Shown piece by piece: positions 13,454 to 23,600 of a stretch of DNA of 64,000 nucleotides. The notes beneath the pieces are model-generated. The model ran no database searches. It saw only the letters and a program-made list of their open reading frames with translations, and was not told the origin of the DNA. How positions within the stretch are numbered: the stretch's first letter is position 1; each line of letters starts with the position of its first letter. The stretch is taken from contig CATNEN010000037.1 of NCBI GenBank assembly GCA_950097015.1, positions 372,001 through 436,000 on the forward strand. The letters are read 5' to 3'. This stretch comes from Macrostomum hystrix. Taxonomy: Eukaryota > Animalia > Platyhelminthes. Made by a program: the position numbers and the translations under genes.

Positions 13454-16400
13454 ATGATTAACAGTGTAAGTCACGGATCCGATTGCGTTATTAAAAGCCT
13501 TATCTTTTTTATCGTAGTTTCCTCCTAGGACATCTAAGATATGCCCTCTAAGATCTGTCCTTTGTCGTCTGTCCACTGTCTTTTGTACATTGCTCACTTT
13601 CACCTGTCACCTGTCACCTGTCCCTTTTCCACTGTCATATATATAAGATTTCGTCTATTATTGGTTGTATTTCAACCAATCACCTGTCATCTGTCACCTG
13701 TCACATGACCAGTCATATCTAAACTTTCATCTGCCAACTGTCAACTATCGCCCGTCAAGATTCACAGATCACCTGCCAATTGTTCAACTATTACATATCA
13801 CCTGTCAACTATTACATATCACCTGTCAACTGTTACATACCACCTGTCACCTGCTACATATCACCTGTAAACTGTTAAATATCACCTGTCACCTGCTACA
13901 TATCACCTGTCAACTGTTAAATATCACCTGTCACCTGCTACATATCACCTGTCAACTGTTAAATGCCACCTGTCAACTTTTACATATCACCTGTCAACTA
14001 TTACATATCACCTGTCAACTGTTACATACCACCTGTCACCTGCTACATATCACCTGTAAACTGTTAAATACCACCTGTCACCTGCTACATATCACCTGTC
14101 AACTGTTAAATACCACCTGTCACCTGCTACATATCACCTGTCAACTGTTAAATACCACCTGTTACCTGCTACATATCACCTGTCAACTATTACATATCAC
14201 CTGTCAACTATTACATATCACCTGTCAACTGATACATATCACCTGTCAACTTTTACATATCGCCCCTGTCAACTATCTACTGTCAACGGTCACCTTGATG
14301 AGTGATATCTATCATCTGTCACCTGTCACCATTCATGCCGTCATCTATTTTGTCCGTTGCTGTGATGCCTCGCAATGTTCAATTCTCGTCTGTCGCATTT
14401 GAATCCTCTCTTTCTCCAACTCCTGATTTCTGGCGTCGCTCAGTCACTCTCCATCTCTGAGAAATACTTTTTCTCCAGGTAAGATAATAATGATAATAAT
14501 ACTTAGTATTTGAAGGTGGGCTCTGGGCACTGATACGAAACTTTGGTGAAAGTAGATCCGCAGCCAGCGAGGAGGCAATTCTGCCCATTTCGCTGACTCC
14601 TGAGCACACACGCACACAGATACTGTACGCAGGCTCACGCTCACACTGGTGTGTACGTCTGCTCTGACTTTCTCATCGTCAGGCTGTGCAATTTTTCACT
14701 ATGCATTTTGAGGTTGGCCCTTAAGGGCATAAATTGCACGACAAGCCCCAAAGCCTTCTCTCCGCGGCTGCGCCCTAAATGAATGTGGCCTCGCTGCAGA
14801 ATCGAGCTCAAGGACCTTAGAAGCAGAAGCAAACGCGTTAGACCACTCTGCCACTCGCCCCCCCCCTCGCCGCCCGGTGCATAACAAAGTTAGCAGCAAA
14901 CATGCAGTGCACGCAGGTGCGAATCTACCCTTCTCTCTATCTCTCTCGCTGTGCACCAGTTGTGATTCGAGTCGCAGACGTCAGAATCAGGCAAGCGGAT
15001 AATCGCGAGCCGAATGGGAGACTGCCGAATGTGGGCGGGATAAGCAGAAAGTCATTAAAATGGGAGAGGCAGACTTTGCATTCGAAGACGCCTCCGGATT
15101 ATATGCGGGCAAGAGTACCTAGCGAGATTCATTTTGCTTTCCCTGGCCCCTTATAATCTGTGGTGCGAGAGTGGGAGCCGAGTGCGTGGCATTTTAGCTT
15201 TTTTTCCCCAACTTCCACGCTACTCAGTAGAATCTTGAGTTCTGTCTAAATAGCTTGTCAGTTTTGTCAACGTTTTTATTAGAAAGCTGAGGATTACAAG
15301 AGAAACTTTCGACTATTTTTTTAATTTTCATTTGACAAGTTAATCCAGCGAGTTAATCCTCCTGATGAAATAGGGCCACTAAACTGCTCTAACTTGTTGT
15401 ATAACCTGTTGATCTTAGGAATCTGTCAAAAATTGCCTGATTAGAGGGATTTTGGATTAGGCTTATGAGATGGATTAGAGATTAGAGATTAGGCTTATGA
15501 GGCCTAGTTGAGGTTGTGAGGTGTCAGGGCAGGGTGCTTTTTGTGTGTCAGGGTAGGGGTGTGTGAGGTGTCAGGGTAGGGGTGTGAGAGGTGTCAGGTT
15601 TGGGGTGTGTAAGGTGTCAGGGTAGGGGTGTGAGAGGTGTCAGGTTTGGGGTGTGTAAGGTGTCAGGGTAGGGGTGTGAGAGGTGTCAGGTTTGAGTTGT
15701 GTGAGGTGTCAGGGTAGGAGTGCGTGAGGTGTCAGGGTAGGGGTGTTTTTGGGGTGTCAGGGAAGGGGTGTGTGAGGTGTCAGGGTAGGGGTGTTTTTGG
15801 GGTGTCAGGGAAGGGGTGTGTGAGGTGTCAGGGTAGAGGTGTGTGAGGTTTCAGGGTAGGGGTCTTTGATGTGTCAGGGTAGGGTGCTTTTGAGGTGTCA
15901 GAGTTGAGTGTGTGAGGTGTCAGGGTAGGGGTGTGTAAGGTGTCAGGGTAGGGGTGTGTGAGGTGTCACGGTAGGGGTGTGTGAGGTGTCAGGTTGGGTG
16001 TTTTTGGGGTGTCAGGGTTGAGATCAGTGAGTTATCATGTTTGAATTTGAAGTGTCAGGGCTTGTATTGTGAGGTGTCAGTCCAAGTTCCAAATCCTAAT
16101 CCCCCACTCCTCAATCCCAGATTATCAACGCACTGAAGCTGCCACCACTGACGGTGCACCTCAGCGAGTCTCGCTCATCGGCCGCATCGCCGCCGCTGTT
16201 GTTGCCACCCGCCGACGAGCACCGGGCCTGCTACTCGGTGTGGAGCGAGCTGGCGGACTGGCTGGGTTATCCCAACCAATCTCTGCCCTACAAGTACAAG
16301 CCTGAGCACAATGGCCGACTGCTCACACTGAGCGCCGGGCCGAATCGCAGTGCGAGCTGCTTGGTGGAATTTCTGCCGTTCCGTCCCGCAGCCTTCACAT

Positions 16401-19400
16401 TCCTGCTGGCCGTGCTGTCTCTATCCTTAATTGGCAATGTGACAGTGTTCGGCACATTGTACACCAACAGGCGCCGATGGGGCCGGGTGAATCACTTCCT
16501 GGTGTACCTTTGCCTAGCTGACCTGGCCGTGCTTGTCACACCCCTAGTTGAACTGTTCACACTGGCTACTCGCACCTGGTACGGTGGCTACCAGCTGTGC
16601 AAGCTGTACCGGGTGCTCTCAGCCTTCGGACTGTACCTGTCATCCTTCATTGTGGCCTCCATTGCGGTGGACAGATACGCGGCTGTCACCGCCCGGCCGC
16701 AGAGCGTCCGAACGGGACTGCGCCGAGCCAGACTCATGCTGGCCGGCTGCGTTCTGGGCTCCGTAGCCTGCAGCCTGCCTCAGGTGAGGACGGCTGCCAA
16801 GGGCTGGTCTATATCCTAAATCCAAGGCTGGGGAGGCTGGCTGGGCTGGGCTGGCTGGGGTGGCTAGCTGGGCTGGGCTTGTTGGACTGGCTGGCTGGTC
16901 TGGTTGGCTGGGGTGGGCTTGCTGGACTGGCTGGCTGGGTTGGCTGGGCTAGGGTGGCTGGGCTCGGCTTGTTGGACTGGCTGGCTGGTCTGGTTGGCTG
17001 GGGTGGGCCTGCTGGACTGGCTGGACTGGGGTGGCTAGCTGGGCTGGGCTTGTTGGACTGGCTGGCTGGTCTGGTTGGCTGGGGTGGGCTTGCTGGACTG
17101 GCTGGCTGGGTTGGCTGGGCTAGGGTGGCTGGGCTGGCTGGCTGGGCTGGGGTGGCTGGCTGGGCTGGGCTGGCTGGCTGGGCTGGGGTGGCTGGCTGGG
17201 CTGGGGTGGCTGGCTGGGCTGGGGTGGCTGGCTGGGCTGGGCTGGCTGGCTGGGCTGGGGTGGCTGGCTGGGCTGGGCTGGCTGGCTGGGCTGGCTGGCT
17301 GGGGTGGGTGGGCTGGGGTGGGTGGGCTGGGGTGGGTGGGCTGGGGTGGGTGGACTGGGGTGTCTGGCTGGGGTGGGTGGGCTGGGCTGGCTGGCTGGGC
17401 TGGCTGGCTGGGATGGCTGGCTGGGGTGGCTGGCTGGGATGGCTGGCTGGGGTGGCTGGCTGGGGTGGGTGGGCTGGGCTGGCTGGCTGGGGTGTCTGGC
17501 TGACTGGGGTGGCTGGGCTGTAGAATACCTAGGGTGGAGAGGAGGTGTGTCCCACAGAAGTCGATGTCGTTGGTGGTGAGTGAGTAACGGATTGTTGAGA
17601 CCGTGCGCCCAGCCAGCTTGTCTCTTGTCGCTCACGTGTCGAAATTGAATTCAGAGGACTAGCCCATCGACAACAAAACAGTCAGATTTAGTTTTGCTCG
17701 AGCATCTGAAAATCCCGTCAAGCAGGAACCGCAACTCGCTGCTTAATTAAACGGACCCGGGCGAGCGGCTTAGGCGAAAGAAAAAGATTAATTCTCCTGA
17801 AATTGTAGGTGAGAGAGTGGAGTGGAGTGGGGAATAATCCAGCGGGATTCTGGTCATCTAGCTGGCGACTGTGTAATACCACCCAATCCCCAGGGACCAG
17901 CACGAGACAGTTCTCGCAAAATTGTATACCTATAGCCTGAATGTGTCACTGCTGGAGAGAAACTTTAACTCTCTGATCCGTCCGCCAGCTTTTTTTTTCA
18001 AGCATAATTTCCTGATTTTCTATTTTTCCCCTTTAACACTGCCTCATGCTCCGCACTCTCACCCACGTCTCACCCGGCTCGGTATTATGGGATAATAAGC
18101 GCGAATGCGAGGGACCCGGGTCCGGCCCTACTAACTCCCCTTAGGCGGCTTATCTAACCAAAAGAGCCTGGCAGGAAGACTCCTAAAAGAAGTCTAGGCG
18201 ATTCCTAGAAAAGCGCACTCAGCGGATGAGTGAGGAGCCTAGCTTTAGAAGACCCCGAAAGCCAAAGCTAGTGAAAATCTTTTGACTGCAGTGACAGTCC
18301 AGAATTAATCAGTTTTCGGAAGTTAAGGAAAGGAAACAAAAATCACTGTGTTCAATTATTTTGAGTTTGTCCCGGAACCGTCTGGCTCAAGACAAAAGAA
18401 GCAGGCATCAAAAAGTTGTTTCTCTTCCAAAACTTCAAAACTTCATTAAAAATGATTCAGCAAATTTTTGTTTTGAAATTCACACTGGAGTACACCAGAG
18501 AACGCCCAGGATTTGCTAGACTATTTTTGCTCTTATATATTTCACAGAAGAGCACATCAGATTTGAGCTGTCAGGTGTCAAGCTTACATCACACTCATGA
18601 GGACAAGATCTGACACTGGATCACTGCTCACTCACACTCATCTCAGTCTAATCTCAGATAAGGTTACTCAGATTTCACTTTCAGTGCAGCCTCGACGATG
18701 CGGAAAAATGTTGTCACACGAAATGTAAGGCCACGCAGTAGCGCCACATTCTGATTGGTTCAAGAATTAGCCAGTCAGAGATTGTGATAGATATGATAGC
18801 TTGTTAAAAGGTTGAGAAATTCGCAGACAACCAATCAGAATTGAGAAATGGAACTGTAGTGACTTCTTGAAATAGTCACTTTCTTACCAAGAGATAAGGA
18901 GGGGGCAGAAGGGTCAGAGCTGAGGAGCAGGGGTGAGGAAAGAGAGACGAGCAGCTAGCCAATCAGAGACGAGCAGCTAGCCAATCAGAGACTATCAGCT
19001 AGCCAATCAGAGACGAGCAGCTAGCCAATCAGAGACGAGCAGCTAGCCAATCAGAGACGAGCAGCTAGCCAATCAGAGACGAGCAGCTAGCCAATCAGAG
19101 ACGAGCAGCTAGCCAATCAGAGACGAGCAGCTAGCCAATCAGAGACGAGCAGCTAGCCAATCAGAGACGAGCAGCTAGCCAATCAGAGACGAGCAGCTAG
19201 CCAATCAGAGACGAGCAGCTAGCCAATCAGAGACGAGCAGCTAGCCAATCAGAGACGAGGGAAAGGAAAGAATAGTAGAGATTAGCTAAGAAGTTGAGCA
19301 TATAGAGGGAGAGAGGAGAAGATACAATAAGGGGTGCGCGAGCGAAAACAAACACAGAGAAGGGTGAAGTAATGACAAGAATATACATTTTATTTAGTAC

Positions 19401-20182
19401 AGTTGGGGCCAGATGTTCCAAAGGCTGTGTACATTGTCCAGTCCGAGGACATGGCAGGCTCCCAAACGCACCAATATTTCTACCCCACCTAAAGCTAATA
19501 CCTATTTAACTGCAGGGGGAACTAAATCTTAGGGAGTTTAAGGAAACAAATTGTCTTCCCTGGATTCGAACCCCCGACCTCTCTCTGGTGTCAGAAATCC
19601 CGACCAACGGGCTTTAAGCTCACTTTAACTTGAGCACACATGCATACCAATCAACATAGACATCTTTATCCTCTGTCGCCACCTTCAGGCGGCAGTCTTT
19701 GATGTGTACGAAAGCAATTTCTTTAACGAGCACAACGTCGTCTGCTTGGAGACCTTCGCCGCCGAGCAGCAGACTGGCAGCGCCGTTCTGAAGCGTCGGG
19801 CGTACAATCTATTCGCGTTCTTCATGATGTACGGCCTGCCACTGGCTGCCATCACCTGGTGCTACTCAAGGATATTCTGCGTGCTCAGCAGCAAAAGCAG
19901 AGAGCATCACGGTGAGTCTAATAGCAGTCTACAAATTTTTATCCCAGCCAGCCCGTCTAACAGCCGGGTCTTGCTCAGCGACACAAATACTTAATTAACT
20001 TTACTATACTTTAGCGTCTCGCAAAATGAAATGCGGCGAGAAAGTAGCATACAAAATGTATTATCAAAAGTTCTTTATATACGAGTGTATTGAGCGTGGG
20101 GAGGTGCGAGAGCGTGGCGTGAGTCAAAACACCCCTCGGCTAGGCCGCCACAATACTTAACTACTACTACTACTACTACTGA

Positions 20183-20228
<46 letters not shown>

Positions 20229-20392
20229 GATACTACTACATATTACTACTACTACTACTACTACTATTACTACTACTACTGATACTACTACTACTGATAC
20301 TACTACTACTACTGATACTACTACATAATACTACTACTACTACTGATACTACTACATACTACTACTACTACTACTATTACTACTACTACTGA

Positions 20393-20423
<31 letters not shown>

Positions 20424-20612
20424 GATACTACTACTACTACTGATACTACTACATAATACTACTACTACTACTGATACTACTACATACTACTACTACTACT
20501 ACTACTATTACTACTACTACTGATACTACTACATACTACTACTACTACTACTACTATTACTACTACTACTACTACTACTACTGATACTACTACTACTACT
20601 GATACAACTACA

Positions 20613-20667
<55 letters not shown>

Positions 20668-23600
20668 GCTACTACTACTGATACTACTACTACTACTACT
20701 GATACTACTACATACTACTACTACAACTAACAACCGGTCCCACAGAACACTGCATCTGCCATCAGCACCAGCAGTGGAACTCCACAGCCGAGTCAGCCGA
20801 GTCAAATATTCGGCAAAATCAATCTGTTGCAGCGGCCAGCGCGTTGAACACTTCGACGGTTGTGTCCAGGCGAGGCGAACCGAGAAATATTGACACCGCC
20901 AGGATGCACACACTCAGGATGACAATCACCATTGGTGAGGCCTTTATTGTGGCAGTGATTGTGAGTTTATGGCGTCAGTGATTGTGAGTTTATGGTGTCA
21001 GTGATTGTGAGTTTATGGCGTCAGTGATTGTGAGTTTATGGTGTCAGTGATTGTGAGTTTATAGTGTCAGTGATTGTGAGTTTATGGTGTCAGTGATTGT
21101 GAGTTTATGGTGTCAGTGATTGTGAGTTTATAGTGTCAGCGATTGTGAGTTTATGGCGTCAGTGATTGTGAGTTTATGGTGTCAGTGATTGTGAGTTTAT
21201 GGCGTCAGTGATTGTGAGTTTATGGTGTCAGTGATTGTGAGTTTATGGTGTCAGTGATTGTGAGTTTATGGTGTCAGTGATTGTGAGTTTATAGTGTCAG
21301 TGATTGTGAGTTTATAGTGTCAGTGATTGTGAGTTTATAGTGTCAGTGATTGTGAGTTTATGGCGTCAGTGATTGTGAATTTGTGATTTCATTAATGAAT
21401 TTTTCTTATTTTCTATGAAGAGCGTACAACCTGCTCAGAAAGAGTTTTTTAATTTAGCAGAATTATTAATTCTGTTTACCTAATCGCATGTTACCTGGGA
21501 CATCCATCAGAAAAGGTGGGTCTTCGTCGCACAGTGTTTAATTAGTTTCTCGTGTCTGCGCTAGAGCAAGTTAATTTCCTTTTTTTGTTGGACAAAATTT
21601 TCAATTGTGACTTTACCTGTTCGAGTCCTGTTCTGGAAATAGCTTTTTTAATCACCCGAGTCCTGTTCCCTACTGGAGACTGGAGCAGAACTGATGAGAA
21701 TTAGGAACAAGAGCGTTGCCAATGATGATGATGTAAATAGTTGCTCATTGGTGAAACTTTCAGTACTGGCTTTTCTGTTCTGCTGGGCACCGTATTGGCT
21801 CGTGACCCTGGCCAACACTTTTCTGTCAGGATATTCTGACGGCAAGCAGTAGGTTTTTAACTGACATTTGACACCCTAGCTCCTGAGTTCTCATTCAATA
21901 GCTCCTGAGTTCTCAATCAATAGCTCCTGAGTTCTCATTCAATAGCTCCTGAGTTCTCAATCAATAGCTCCTGAGTTCTCAATCAATAGCTCCTGAGTTC
22001 TCATTCAATAGCTCCTGAGTTCTCAATCAATAGCTCCTGAGTTCTCATTCAATAGCTCCTGAACTCTCATTCAATAGCTCCTGAGTTCTCAATCAATAGC
22101 TCCTGAGTTCTCAATCAATAGCTCCTGAGTTCTCATTCAATAGCTCCTGAGTTCTCAATCAATAGCTCCTGAGTTCTCAATCAATAGCTCCTGAGTTCTC
22201 ATTCAATAGCTCCTGAGTTCTCAATCAATAGCTCCTGAGTTCTCATTCAATAGCTCCTGAACTCTCATTCAATAGCTCCTGAGATCTCAATCAATAGCTC
22301 CTGAGTTCTCAATCAATAGCTCCTGAGTTCTCATTCAATAGCTCCTGAGTTCTCAATCAATAGCTCCTGAGTTCTCATTCAATAGTTCCTGAGTTCTCAA
22401 TCAATAGTTCCTGAGTTCTCAATCAATAGTTCCTGAGTTCTCATTCAATAGCTCCTGAGTTCTCAATCAATAGCTCCTGAGTTCTCAATCAATAGCTCCT
22501 GAGTTCTCATTCAATAGCTCCTGAGTTCTCAATCAATAGCTCCTGAGTTCTCATTCAATAGCTCCTGAACTCTCATTCAATAGCTCCTGAGCTCTCAATC
22601 AATAGCTCCTGAGTTCTCAATCAATAGCTCCTGAGTTCTCATTCAATAGCTCCTGAGTTCTCAATCAATAGCTCCTGAGTTCTCATTCAATAGTTCCTGA
22701 GTTCTCAATCAATAGTTCCTGAGTTCTCAATCAATAGTTCCTGAGTTCTCATTCAATAGCTCCTGAGTTCTCAATCAATAGCTCCTGAGTTCTCATTCAA
22801 TAGTTCCTGAGTTCTCATTCAATAGCTCCTGAGTTCTCATTCAATAGTTCCTGAGTTCTCATTCAATAGCTCCTGAGTTCTCATTCAATAGCTCCTGAGT
22901 TCTCATTCAATAGCTCCTGAGTTCTCAATCAATAGCTCCTGAGTTCTCATTCAATAGTTCCTGAGTTCTCATTCAATAGCTCCTGAGTTCTCATTCAATA
23001 GCTCCTGAGTTCTCATTCAATAGCTCCTGAGTTCTCAATCAATAGCTCCTGAGTTCTCAATCAATAGTTCCTGAGTTCTCATTCAATAGCTCCTGAGTTC
23101 TCAATCAATAGTTCCTGAGTTCTCAATCAATAGTTCCTGAGTTCTCATTCAATAGCTCCTGAGTTCTCAATCAATAGCTCCTGAGTTCTCATTCAATAGC
23201 TCCTGAGTTCTCAATCAATAGTTCCTGAGTTCTCAATCAATAGTTCCTGAGTTCTCATTCAATAGCTCCTGAGTTCTCATTCAATAGCTCCTGAGTTCTC
23301 ATTCAATAGCTCCTGAGTTCTCATTCAATAGCTCCTGAGTTCTCATTCAATAGCTCCTGAGTTCTCATTCAATAGCTCCTGAGTTCTCATTCAATAGCTC
23401 CTGAGTTCTCATTCAATAGCTCCTGAGTTCTCAATCAATAGCTCCTGAGTTCTCATTCAATAGCTCCTGAGTTCTCATTCAATAGCTCCTGAGTTCTCAA
23501 TCAATAGCTCCTGAGTTCTCATTCAATAGTTCCTGAGTTCTCATTCAATAGCTCCTGAGTTCTCAATCAATAGTTCCTGAGTTCTCATTCAATAGCTCCT

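Noticed and set aside
13665-14402. 245-aa His/Cys-rich ORF (HITCQLL)n
   Set aside because: It is a 21-bp minisatellite in a predicted intron, with a non-ATG start.
16597-17635. Gly/Trp-rich and Pro/Gln-rich ORFs
   Set aside because: They arise from the GCTGG simple repeat in GPCR intron 2.
21842-21848. Second GC-AG donor in the GnRH-type receptor (G|GCAAGC)
   Set aside because: The next exon needs phase 2, which the canonical CA|GTAGGT donor at 21849 satisfies.
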